This document shows, piece by piece, positions 47,230 to 56,550 of a DNA stretch of 61,050 bases (positions are counted from its first letter, which is position 1; every line of letters begins with the position of its first letter). This DNA is from a virus (taxonomy: Duplodnaviria > Caudoviricetes), in IMG/VR virus record IMGVR_UViG_3300032075_000002, positions 1-61,050 of that record. One strand, given 5' to 3'. The notes beneath the pieces were generated by a model. It saw only the letters and a program-made list of their open reading frames with translations. It had not been told where the DNA came from and did not search any database. Both the position numbers and the translations under genes were made by a program.

Positions 47230-48008
47230 CTCACTGCCTTCCCTCGGTTGCTGCGGATCACCGTTGTTGCTGGGATCGTTGGCGTTGCCCGGCGGACCGT
47301 CCCGCACTTCCCTGTGTAAGCGGAGCGGATCGGGTGGAACGTGTGGAGCGTGTGGAGCGTGTGTGCCTGTGTGTAAGGAGCGTGTCCCGACGCTGCGTGG
47401 CGTTGGATCGGGCGTATCACGCTCGCTACACGATGGCCGCTCGTACGTACCGAGTGATCCTGTGCAGTGCGGGTTAGGACCGCTTCGCCGTGCCTGCCGT
47501 TGTCGGCGGGCTGTGCTGCTTGGCGATGACCGAAGACTGACAGAGTCGAGTGAAGATCACAACCCCAGATCGCAAGCGGAAGGGTGTTTTCGGCTCATCG
47601 TGCCTGGTCAGAGCGCTGTAAATATTTTTCTGGAGGATCGTGGACGGGGTGAAGGATGTCCTAGTTTGGCATGGTTCTGAGTCTTGTTACTGGCGGGTCA
47701 CATAATGTGGAGAAAATAGGACATGTGGGGTGTGTGACGGGTCGTCAGAAGTGGTTTGGATCATGGAAATTAGACGGTTGTCAGCCAAAGATGTCCTGGT
47801 TTGCCTGGTACAAAGCGTGGTACAGAAAGGCCGGCGATCGGGGGTTGGTACAAAGCGCGGTACAAACAGGTGTTCGAGCGAGATACGGGTACGGGGTAGG
47901 GGTATACGAGGGGAGCGTCAACCTGAAGTTGACAGTGGCTGTCGGCATGGCTACGCCCCATGGCTACGGGGAGCACATGGGGCGCGGCATTGCTGGCGAA
48001 TGCGGGTG

Positions 48009-48230
48009 TCAGTACGTCATGCCACTTGCGGGCGTAGTGGATACGTCATCGCGAGATATCGCGGTAACGGCCGGAACATCGTGGTCAGTGCGAATGTCCT
48101 GAAGTGCTGACGTGAGAAGTACACACACAGCGGCATTCATGGATATGCCGTGGTCTGCCGCATAAGCACGCAGCTTTTCGCGGAGTACAGGAGGAACACG
48201 GGAAGGCAGATTTACACGCTCTGTAGTCAT
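48009..48230 (-). CDS. Ribbon-helix-helix (Arc-like) DNA-binding protein
   Basis: NLPSRVPPVLREKLRAYAADHGISMNAAVCVLL. Confidence 0.75.
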   Translation of the reverse strand: MTTERVNLPSRVPPVLREKLRAYAADHGISMNAAVCVLLTSALQDIRTDHDVPAVTAISRDDVSTTPASGMTY

Positions 48231-48439
48231 GTCCCAATGCTCGCAGAATGCAAGCACATTGCATAGATATTGAATTAGGACTAGCGAGCGCGGGCGTGCA
48301 TCGGCACAGGAGGTGCCGACGCGTAGCGAGGCTGAGAAGCGATTCTTTGGGGTGCTGTGGAGCCTGCCAGCGTGAGGGTGGGGAAGAGTGCCGGATTGCG
48401 GGTGCTGGGCTGTGAGGGGCGTACAGGGACGGTAAGAGG

Positions 48440-49560
48440 ATGTGAGCCCAATTCAAGGATTGGGCCTAATTCACTGATGTCCGGTTTGAACCACACATGA
48501 TTTTAATATCAAGAGTGAATATATAAACAAGATGAAATAGGTACAGTGGTACTAATTCCATCACTACCTAAAACAGAAAGTAGGAAAGCTAAGAGTCGGT
48601 CGAAAAACACATGATCAACAGCACTAATTCACTGATCCTGTAGTGGATATAGGACTACGACTAGGGCTAAAACAACTCCTGACCTGGGCTTATAACACAT
48701 GGGGGTAGTGGTGGAATTAGGTGGGAATAGGGGTGGAATTAGGGTTGGTGATGGGGGTGGATATCGGATGGGGATAGGGGTGGAAATAGGTAGGGGTAGG
48801 GGTAGTGAAATGGGGTTGATAGAGGGCGTGTAGTAGGGCTAATTCAAGGGTGATTTTCAAGCCTAAATCTAAGATGACTAGGGCTAATTCAGGGGCTCTG
48901 AAATGGGATCGAAGGTGGTGGATATCGGCTCATGATCAAAGTGGTTTTAGGATTGAGGGTATTGAATTAGGTGTGAGAGAGGTAGTGAAATGAGTAGGTG
49001 GTGGAAATAGGAAGGGGTAGTGATTAAGGCCCTGTGCCGAGGGGGTGGAAATAGGGCTAGTAGGGATATGGGGTTAGGTGATATCGGTTTGGTGTAGTGG
49101 AATTAAGCATGGATAGCGCAGTGAATTAGCACAGTGCACTAATTCAAGGGTAGTGGAATTAATGCAGGGGATATCGGTAGTGGTGGATATAGCACAGTGG
49201 GGATATAGGCATGGCACTATCACAGGGTAGTGATATAGCCCTAGTGCAGGATAGGTGTATGTTACACACATCATAGTGTTATGAGTATGTATTCATAACA
49301 CATGTAGATAACAGAGAGTAATGATGAGGTGATGAGTAATGATGAAGAAAGAGGCGAGGTGATGGGCGCTGTGCCGATGAAGTCATGAATGCAATTGAAT
49401 GCAGCGAGCGAGGTAGTTGAATGGAAAACCATCGGGGAGGGGGGAATAGAAAACCAAATTACCCATGAATTCTGATAAAGGCAGGGGAGGTAATACGTAT
49501 ACGTACATCAACCCCAGAAATTCCGGCCGCTGTCCCAGGTAATGCCGATTAATCCTGTAT
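48440..49560. other. AT-rich, strand-skewed non-coding region with short repeats (candidate origin or pac region)
   Basis: No credible ORF; G/A-rich + strand; repeated CTAATTC/GAATTAG, GTGGAAATAGG and GATATCGG. Confidence 0.75.
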
Positions 49561-49602
49561 AGCCCCTAGATGTCCCATTTGTCGTGTGGTACATTCACGC
49601 GC

Positions 49603-50355
49603 ATGGCCACCAAACGAGGACCCGGGCGCGAAGTCGAGCGCATCATCGCCGCAGGCGGCGCACCTACGCCGCCCAACCAGAACCAGAGCATGGGACACCC
49701 CATCGCGGACCCGCGCTACACCGAGGAAGGTCACCTGCTCACGGAAGAGCTGGTGAACCTCCGAGCTAAGGGCCGGACCTGGATGCAGATCCAGATGGAA
49801 ACCGGTATTCCTGCACAGAGCGCAGCGGTGCGCGTGAGCGACTACCTCAACGGGCAGTACGCCAGCACCAGCATCGAAGAGGCGCGGCAGCTCCAGATCC
49901 GCCGACTTGAGATGATCATGGGCTACCTGTACGAGCAGGTGGCGGCGGGCGACTTCCTGACGCAGGGCAGGCACACGACCAACCTGATCGCGACGATCCA
50001 GCAAGTCACCGAGCTGCTGGACCTCAAGAAGGACCGCCTGAAGGACGAGCAGGTCCGCCTGACGCAGGAGCAGACCGGCCTGATCGGGATCATCCTGGAC
50101 GAGGTGCGCGCGGCAGTGCTGGACGCGGTGATGGGACTGCTGACCGAGCGCAGCCAGTACCACGCCGACACCGGCAAGCGCAGCGTGGACGACGTCGCCG
50201 GACTGCGCGCGGTGCTCGAACGCGACTGGGGCGGCTGGTTCGCGACAGCGGCGGCGAACGCGCTGGAGATGGCGAGCCCCGACAACAACAGCGCGGCCGG
50301 GCCGGTCACCGCGCAGACCACCCGGACCACCGTGATCAAGGGAGAACGCGCATGA
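49603..50355 (+). CDS. Terminase small subunit (HTH)
   Basis: LRAKGRTWMQIQMETG HTH, RQLQIRRLE; upstream of TerL; TGTGG-TACATT-7nt-ATG suggests a leaderless start. Confidence 0.7.
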   Translation: MATKRGPGREVERIIAAGGAPTPPNQNQSMGHPIADPRYTEEGHLLTEELVNLRAKGRTWMQIQMETGIPAQSAAVRVSDYLNGQYASTSIEEARQLQIRRLEMIMGYLYEQVAAGDFLTQGRHTTNLIATIQQVTELLDLKKDRLKDEQVRLTQEQTGLIGIILDEVRAAVLDAVMGLLTERSQYHADTGKRSVDDVAGLRAVLERDWGGWFATAAANALEMASPDNNSAAGPVTAQTTRTTVIKGERA

Positions 50356-50678
50356 GCAGCAGGAGCAGAGGCGGGAAGTTCCTGGAGACCGCGCACGTCC
50401 ACGAGAAGGAGCGGGTCAAGCGCGGGATCGGCTCGAAGTTCCCCGAGCTGGGAGCGATGCAGCCGGAGCGCGACGACTGCGCGCCGCCGCTGGTCGTATG
50501 CGGGCGCTGTGCCGTGTGCGGGGACGCGGCGGCCCGGCAGCTCGCGGTGCTGGCCACGCGGCTCCCCAGCAAGGAAGCGAGCGCCGGGCTGCGCACGTCC
50601 CTGCTCGCGCTGGGCATACTGGCTCCGGAGGACGACGGAGACAGCAGCGGCGCGGCACAGGAGGAGCGGACGGCATGA
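50352..50678 (+). CDS. Hypothetical protein (CxxC-xC)
   Basis: ATGA overlaps on both sides. Confidence 0.55.
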   Translation: MSSRSRGGKFLETAHVHEKERVKRGIGSKFPELGAMQPERDDCAPPLVVCGRCAVCGDAAARQLAVLATRLPSKEASAGLRTSLLALGILAPEDDGDSSGAAQEERTA

Positions 50679-53206
50679 ACGAAGTCAGCCAGGACGTACG
50701 GGCAGCACTGCTTGCGCGGTTCGAGGGCCAGAAGCGGGCGGCCGACTACGCCGTGGACCCACGAGCATGGGCAAAGGACAAGCTCGGGGTACACCTGTGG
50801 TCGAAGCAGGTGGAGATCACCAACAGTGTGCGAGACCACAAGCGCACTGTGGTGGCAAGCTGCCACGGTTCTGGCAAGGCTCTGGAACTCTCCACCAAGC
50901 TCCGTACGCCGACGGGGTACACGACCATGGGTGAGGTGCAGGTAGGGGACTGGCTGCTCGATGAGAGCTACCGACCTACGCGTGTTGTGGCGATGACGCC
51001 GGAGCACAGGAAGAACGGGGCCACGTTCGGGTTCCAGCTCTGGGACCAGCGCAAGCAGGTATACCGCCGAGAGGTCATCAGCAGCAGCTACGAGCACGAG
51101 TGGCAGGTGATATCGCCCGCGCAGCAGGCGGTTATCCGGGTCCTGTGCAGTCGGAACGGGATCCGCGAGAATCCGGACTGGTCGTACTGGATGCACAGGT
51201 CCGAGACCATTACGACGCTCGACATGTACGGCGAGTACATCAGTGCGGGCAAGCAGTGGGAGTTCGTGGAGAAGGCGGTGATCCCGGCTGCGCGCGAGAT
51301 CCCGACCGCGCTCCAGCTCAACCTGGACCTGGCCACCATGGAGAGCGCCGGGTTCGCGCAGATGGCACAGGACCACGGGACGGTGGACGACGAGGGCCGC
51401 CTCTGCATGAAGATGACGGCGATACAGCACCCGAGCATCCGGCAGATGATGCCGCCGCCGGACCTCGTGGACGCGCGCAGGTACGCGGAGGAGAAGCTGG
51501 ACATCCGCACCGTGCTCGTGAAGACCCGCAAGGGCTACGTAGCCACCTACGATCTGGTCTTCCGCTGCGACCCCATGGAGCTGCTGCGCAACTTCGTGTT
51601 CGGCGCGGAGAAGACCAGGGACATCAACGGCCTCTGTGCCGGTGACGTACAGGCCATCGCGCTCCAGAAGTACGACATCGACCGTCGTGTCTGCCGATTC
51701 GGTGGCTGGACGCTGGGTGGAGCCGAGCCGTTCAAGGAGAAGGTCGTCAAGTGCGTGGAGGTGGACAGCGAGAACCATGTCTACCTGGCCGGGCAGAACG
51801 ACGTGCCCACCCACAACAGCATGATCGCCTCGGTCATCGCCGCGTGGTGGATCGACGTGCACCCTCCGGGGTCCGCCATCGTCGTCAGCACCGCTCCGAC
51901 GTACGCGCAGGTCCACGCGATCCTCTGGGAAGAGATCCGGAAGCACCACGCGAGCGCCAAGGAGCGCGGTGTACCGCTGCCGGGCTCCATCACCATGGCC
52001 GACAACTGGAACCTGGACAATGGCAGCCTGGTCGGATTCGGCCGCAAACCGAAGGATGGCGACCGCCACGCCTTCCAGGGCATCCACCGCCGGTTCGTGC
52101 TGGCGATCCTGGACGAAGCGTGTGGTGTACCGGAAGAACTGTGGACCGGTGCAGAGGCCATCACCACCAACGAAGGCTGCCGCATCCTGGCGATCGGTAA
52201 CCCTGACGACCGAGACACCGAGTTCGGCAAGAACTACTGCGACCCCACCACTGCGCAGGACTGGAACCGCATCAGTATCCCTGCCTTCTCGACACCCAAC
52301 CTGACCGGCGAGATCGTGCCTCCACTGCTGAACGAGGTGCTGGTCGCCCGAGCGTGGGTGGACGAGCGCAAGCGTGGTTGGGGTGAGGACGACCCCAGGT
52401 ACATCTCCAAGGTGCTGGCCGAGTTCCCTGAGCAGAACCAGGCTTCCCTGTTCTCGCCGGTCGTCATCGCGACCGCGTTCGAGCAAGAGGGCCGTAAGCG
52501 GGCAGAGCGGCCGACCACCCTGTACTTCGGACTCGACGTCGCGCGCTACGGTGGTGACCTCTCCGTGCTCTGCATGTTCGACGGGGTCCGAGCCAAGGTA
52601 CTCGACTCGTGGTCCGGCATGGATACGGTCTCCACAGCGAACCGCGCACTGCTCCGCATAGGCGAGGAAGTCAAGGATCGCAAGGCAGTCTTCGCAGACA
52701 TCCGCGTTGACGCCGTCGGCCTCGGTGCCGGTGTGGTGGACACCATGGCGGCCACCCGCGCGAACCTGGAGCAGGAGCTGGCGCCGCTCGGACGGGAGCC
52801 GTGGTTCGTCGTGCGCGAGATGCACGGCAGCGCGGCGGCCCCGAAGGACGTCGGCGGCTCTGTGCAGGGCTACGGCAACGCCAGGGCCTGGTGGTTCGAC
52901 CAGCTCAAGCACCTCATGCGCTCGGGCACCATCGAGATCGAGGAGCACGAGAAGCTCAAGGGTGAGCTGGGAGGCGTCCGGTACGACTACCGGAACGGCA
53001 AGCTCTACATCGAGAGCAAGGAGGAGATGCGCAAGGACGGCCGCAAGTCCCCTGACTATGCTGATGCGTTGGTCTACGCGACGGCGCCGGTACACGAGGG
53101 GCTGGCCATGGGTGACACAGTGTCAGAGACCGCTCACAACATGGCACAGGCCGCCGAGCTGGAGGAAGCCCTCATGCTCGCGGAGATGTCTATTTCACCG
53201 TTCTAA
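50675..53206 (+). CDS. Terminase large subunit containing an intein
   Basis: Walker A SCHGSGK|S split by intein; STAPT..QV, FQGIH, ILDEA, IGNP, FGLDVAR, SPDYADA. Confidence 0.93.
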   Translation: MNEVSQDVRAALLARFEGQKRAADYAVDPRAWAKDKLGVHLWSKQVEITNSVRDHKRTVVASCHGSGKALELSTKLRTPTGYTTMGEVQVGDWLLDESYRPTRVVAMTPEHRKNGATFGFQLWDQRKQVYRREVISSSYEHEWQVISPAQQAVIRVLCSRNGIRENPDWSYWMHRSETITTLDMYGEYISAGKQWEFVEKAVIPAAREIPTALQLNLDLATMESAGFAQMAQDHGTVDDEGRLCMKMTAIQHPSIRQMMPPPDLVDARRYAEEKLDIRTVLVKTRKGYVATYDLVFRCDPMELLRNFVFGAEKTRDINGLCAGDVQAIALQKYDIDRRVCRFGGWTLGGAEPFKEKVVKCVEVDSENHVYLAGQNDVPTHNSMIASVIAAWWIDVHPPGSAIVVSTAPTYAQVHAILWEEIRKHHASAKERGVPLPGSITMADNWNLDNGSLVGFGRKPKDGDRHAFQGIHRRFVLAILDEACGVPEELWTGAEAITTNEGCRILAIGNPDDRDTEFGKNYCDPTTAQDWNRISIPAFSTPNLTGEIVPPLLNEVLVARAWVDERKRGWGEDDPRYISKVLAEFPEQNQASLFSPVVIATAFEQEGRKRAERPTTLYFGLDVARYGGDLSVLCMFDGVRAKVLDSWSGMDTVSTANRALLRIGEEVKDRKAVFADIRVDAVGLGAGVVDTMAATRANLEQELAPLGREPWFVVREMHGSAAAPKDVGGSVQGYGNARAWWFDQLKHLMRSGTIEIEEHEKLKGELGGVRYDYRNGKLYIESKEEMRKDGRKSPDYADALVYATAPVHEGLAMGDTVSETAHNMAQAAELEEALMLAEMSISPF
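50879..51817 (+). mobile_element. Class 3 intein (313 aa) in the terminase P-loop
   Basis: Starts ALELSTKLRTPTG (Ala1); block B HEW; block F VKCVEVD; ends PTHN followed by Ser. Confidence 0.88.
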
Positions 53207-53282
53207 GCGCGTAGCTACCCCGGGTCATGGTGCTGTCCCCGGTATGATGCAATAGTGAACCAGGCGAGCAGGAAGGGATCCT

Positions 53283-54047
53283 ATGGCAACGCCTCCGAGC
53301 CACACCGCTGTAGTTGAGGCCATGCGCAAGTTCGGCGTAGAGGTCGTCACCTACCCGGGGTGGGAGAACCACAACCGCAACCAGGTTGGTAAGTGGGGTG
53401 GCGTCAACGGCGTCATGATCCACCACACTGTGACGCGTGGTCACGACAACACGCTGAACATCCTGAAGCGAGGCTACTCGGGTCTCCCGGGTCCGCTCTC
53501 GCAGTTCGCGGGCATGAAGGACGGCAAGGTCTACGGTATCGGGTGGGGGCGCTGCAACCACGCCGGTAAGGGCGACAGCGACGTGCACTCCGCCGTCGTG
53601 GCCGAGAACTACGGGGACTACCCGCCCCGGTGCGACGAAGCCGACATGGACGGCAACCCGCACTACATCGGGTTCGAGTGCGAGAACATGGGCGACGGCG
53701 AGGACCCGTGGCCCGAGATCCAGACCGACGCGGTCATCCGCGCCGCCGCCGCGATCTGCTACCTGATGGGCTGGAGCGCCGACTCCATCATCGGGCACAA
53801 GGAGTGGCAGCCCGGCAAGGTGGACCCGCGTGGGCCCGGTATGCCGAGCATGGCTGAGTTCCGCCGCCGCGCTCAGGCGTACATCGACAACCCGCCGAAC
53901 ACCAAGAAGTTCTACACGGTGGTGGCGGGGGACACCTTCTGGGCCATCGCCCGGAAGCACGGGATCAGCGTGGAAGCCCTGGTGGCTCTGAACCCCAGCG
54001 TCTCGCCGAGTCTCATCCACCCGGGCGACAACATCCGCGTCAAGTAG
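53283..54047 (+). CDS. Endolysin: N-acetylmuramoyl-L-alanine amidase + LysM
   Basis: IHHT, NHAG, IGFECEN, IGHKEWQPGKVDP; C-terminal YTVVAGDTFWAIA...IHPGDNIRV. Confidence 0.92.
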   Translation: MATPPSHTAVVEAMRKFGVEVVTYPGWENHNRNQVGKWGGVNGVMIHHTVTRGHDNTLNILKRGYSGLPGPLSQFAGMKDGKVYGIGWGRCNHAGKGDSDVHSAVVAENYGDYPPRCDEADMDGNPHYIGFECENMGDGEDPWPEIQTDAVIRAAAAICYLMGWSADSIIGHKEWQPGKVDPRGPGMPSMAEFRRRAQAYIDNPPNTKKFYTVVAGDTFWAIARKHGISVEALVALNPSVSPSLIHPGDNIRVK

Positions 54048-54057
54048 GAGGAAGCAC

Positions 54058-54315
54058 ATGTCCCTGTACGAATACCTCGCGTCCCTGTGGCGGACCTTCG
54101 TGCCCGTGGTCGTCGGCATCGTGTCGGCGTACCTGGCGAAGATCGGCCTGGACCTGGATGAGCAGGCGGTCGAGCTGTGGCTGGCGGGCTCCTTCACCAC
54201 CGTGTACTACGGCCTGTTCCGCTACCTCGAAGCCCGCTTCGGGGCGAAGTGGGGCTGGCTGCTCGGTCTGGCTCGTGCGCCGCAGTACGCGGCCAAGGGG
54301 GAGGTCGAGCGCTGA
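54058..54315 (+). CDS. Holin
   Basis: Two TM helices; RTFVP...YY...LE...GWLLG after lysin. Confidence 0.75.
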   Translation: MSLYEYLASLWRTFVPVVVGIVSAYLAKIGLDLDEQAVELWLAGSFTTVYYGLFRYLEARFGAKWGWLLGLARAPQYAAKGEVER

Positions 54316-54581
54316 TGACCCCTGGAGCCAACGACCACAACGACGAGGAAGTGGTCACGCTCCGGGATATCTACAACGTGGTCATGCAGACCAGTGTTAC
54401 AGTCGCTCGCATGGACGAGCGGGTGAAGGACCTGGAGAAGCTGCCACAGGATATCGAAAAGGTCACCGACCGAGTGTCGGTCCTGGAGCGGGGCCACTCC
54501 AGGATGATCGGGATCGCGTTCGGCGGGGCTACCGTCACCGCCACCGCAGTCACCATCATCGGCTGGACGATCGGCAAGTAA
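54315..54581 (+). CDS. Lysis-module membrane protein (coiled coil + C-terminal TM)
   Basis: TGATG coupling; RVSVLE then a hydrophobic tail. Confidence 0.65.
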   Translation: MTPGANDHNDEEVVTLRDIYNVVMQTSVTVARMDERVKDLEKLPQDIEKVTDRVSVLERGHSRMIGIAFGGATVTATAVTIIGWTIGK

Positions 54582-54623
54582 GACGGCGAAGCCCCCGGTA
54601 CCGGAAGGTGCCGGGGGCGTCGT
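54582..54623. terminator. Terminator hairpin between converging genes
   Basis: GACGGCGAAGCCCCCGGTACC-GGAA-GGTGCCGGGGCGTCGTC. Confidence 0.7.
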
Positions 54624-54628
54624 CATGT

Positions 54629-56509
54629 TCAGAGACCGCGCTTGGTCTCCTCCTGGACAGCGAGCGCGATGAGCGCCGTCGTCTGGTGGGTGATCGTGCG
54701 GGGCACAGGGACCTGGAGACTGGCCAGGTACGTCAGCCAGCGCTCAGCCGGTTCGTGGCGCTCCGGCCGTACGACGGGTCCTGTGCCGACGGACGGCACA
54801 GGGATCCCGAGGAACTCCGCCATCGCGCCGGGGTTGTGCATCCTGCGCTCGTACTGCATCTGCCGACCGTGGTTGTCGCCGTACGACGGGTGCACCGTAC
54901 GGAGACCAGGGTCGTGGAACAGGTGCACCAGCGGTACGTGGTGGTACCGGACATGCGGGCCGAAGAAGGTATCGGCCGCCATGCCGAAGGAAGTGTCCTC
55001 ACCTCCCCAACCTACGAACTTCTCATCGAAGCCACCCATGGCCAGGAACTTCTCCTTGGACATGGCGAAGGCGCCGCCGCCCGCGACCCCGGTGTACGGC
55101 GTCCGCAGGACCGGCGTGTGGGGGACCGCGACCACGTCGGCCGGGTAGGCCGCCAGCAGCCGCTGGGTGGGCTCGGGACGGAGCCGGTGGACCTTCCCGT
55201 GCGGAACGACCCACGGGGCCCGCTCAGCCTCGCGTACGGCCGCGCGGAGCGAGCCCGGGTTGATCAGAACGTCGGCATCCATCACCAGCAAGGTCCCGGT
55301 GGTGGCCAACCTGGCGCCTTCGTTCACTGCCCGGCACTTGTTCCACTCGCCGGGAACGTCGGCTTCGATCAGCTCCCACTCGGGGTGGTAGTGGTTGTAC
55401 CACGACCTGAGCCAACGCCAGTTCTCTTCGCGATCCGGCGTCTCCCTCCACGGGACGATGACGGAAGCCTCGGGCCGGGTGTTCGTCGGCTTGATGATGG
55501 TCCTACGCGCTCGACGGACTCGGGTACCGATGTTCGGGAACTGCGGCTTCTCCAGCTCGCTGACCTTCTGTGCCCAGAGGTCGAGATCGTTGCGAGTCTG
55601 CATGAGCAGCTCCGCGCTGCGCTCCTTCGCCAGCGAGGACCACTGACCCCACCCGACCTTCATGGTCATGGTGCGGATGGCAGCCACCCATCGGTCGAAG
55701 TCGTCGCGCGGCGTGAAGCACCCAGCATCGCCCAGCGACTCCCGCAAACCCGGGGTCGGGTTGGCGATGACCGGGATGCCGGAGGCGAGAGCCTCAACCC
55801 CAGCCATTCCATAGGATTCGTAAATGGACGGCATGAGCAGGATGCCGGTGCGAGACCAGACGTCCTCCTTCATGTTCGTCGTGTTCGGGATGATCTCCAC
55901 GTTCGGCAGATCGTGGCGGATGAGCTGCTTGCCGTGTGCGCCGGTCACCCCGAGGAACTTGAGGTTGGGGAAGTGTTCCGCCAGCCGGTAGAAGATGCGT
56001 GAACCCTTGTCTTCGTTCAGGTTCACCAAGGTGATGTGGCTACCCGGCGTCGTCGCATGGGCGTCCGGGTAGACCGGCGGATGTACGACGATGCCGTCGA
56101 CATCGTGCTGCCGGTACACCTCACGCAGCCATTCGGTGTTGAAGACCAGGAGATCCCACTCCTGCCTGGCGAAGTCGATGCCAGCACCGAGATCGTTGTG
56201 GATGATGAGTGCTCGCTTGGATCGAGCCTGCTGTGCCAGGCTGTGCGCCAGCATGGTGTTCTGGTGGTGCGTGATGATGAGGTCCGGCTTCTCATCCAGC
56301 ACGAGACGAGAGGCAGCCAGGCCGCGCCGGGCCTTGTACTGCACAGAGCCGTGGACGTAGTCCTTGTTCTGGAACTCCTTCATCTCGTTGACCACGACGA
56401 CTACGTCATGGCCAGCTTCGACTAGCTTCTCCATCATGGCGTGCGCCATGGTCTCGCTGCCCGCCATCCTGTACGGGACTGCGAAGTGCAGCAGTGCCAC
56501 GATCTTCAT
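54629..56509 (-). CDS. Bifunctional glycosyltransferase (GT-B/GT4-like + GT-A/GT2-like)
   Basis: N-half AGSE...MPSIYESYGMAGVEALASGIPVI; C-half SVIVPWR, WNKCRAVNEG, MDADV, GGFDEKFVGWGGED. Confidence 0.9.
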   Translation of the reverse strand: MKIVALLHFAVPYRMAGSETMAHAMMEKLVEAGHDVVVVVNEMKEFQNKDYVHGSVQYKARRGLAASRLVLDEKPDLIITHHQNTMLAHSLAQQARSKRALIIHNDLGAGIDFARQEWDLLVFNTEWLREVYRQHDVDGIVVHPPVYPDAHATTPGSHITLVNLNEDKGSRIFYRLAEHFPNLKFLGVTGAHGKQLIRHDLPNVEIIPNTTNMKEDVWSRTGILLMPSIYESYGMAGVEALASGIPVIANPTPGLRESLGDAGCFTPRDDFDRWVAAIRTMTMKVGWGQWSSLAKERSAELLMQTRNDLDLWAQKVSELEKPQFPNIGTRVRRARRTIIKPTNTRPEASVIVPWRETPDREENWRWLRSWYNHYHPEWELIEADVPGEWNKCRAVNEGARLATTGTLLVMDADVLINPGSLRAAVREAERAPWVVPHGKVHRLRPEPTQRLLAAYPADVVAVPHTPVLRTPYTGVAGGGAFAMSKEKFLAMGGFDEKFVGWGGEDTSFGMAADTFFGPHVRYHHVPLVHLFHDPGLRTVHPSYGDNHGRQMQYERRMHNPGAMAEFLGIPVPSVGTGPVVRPERHEPAERWLTYLASLQVPVPRTITHQTTALIALAVQEETKRGL

Positions 56510-56550
56510 GGGTTCCCCTTTCCGTGAGTTCGAGCGCTATTATTCAGCAT

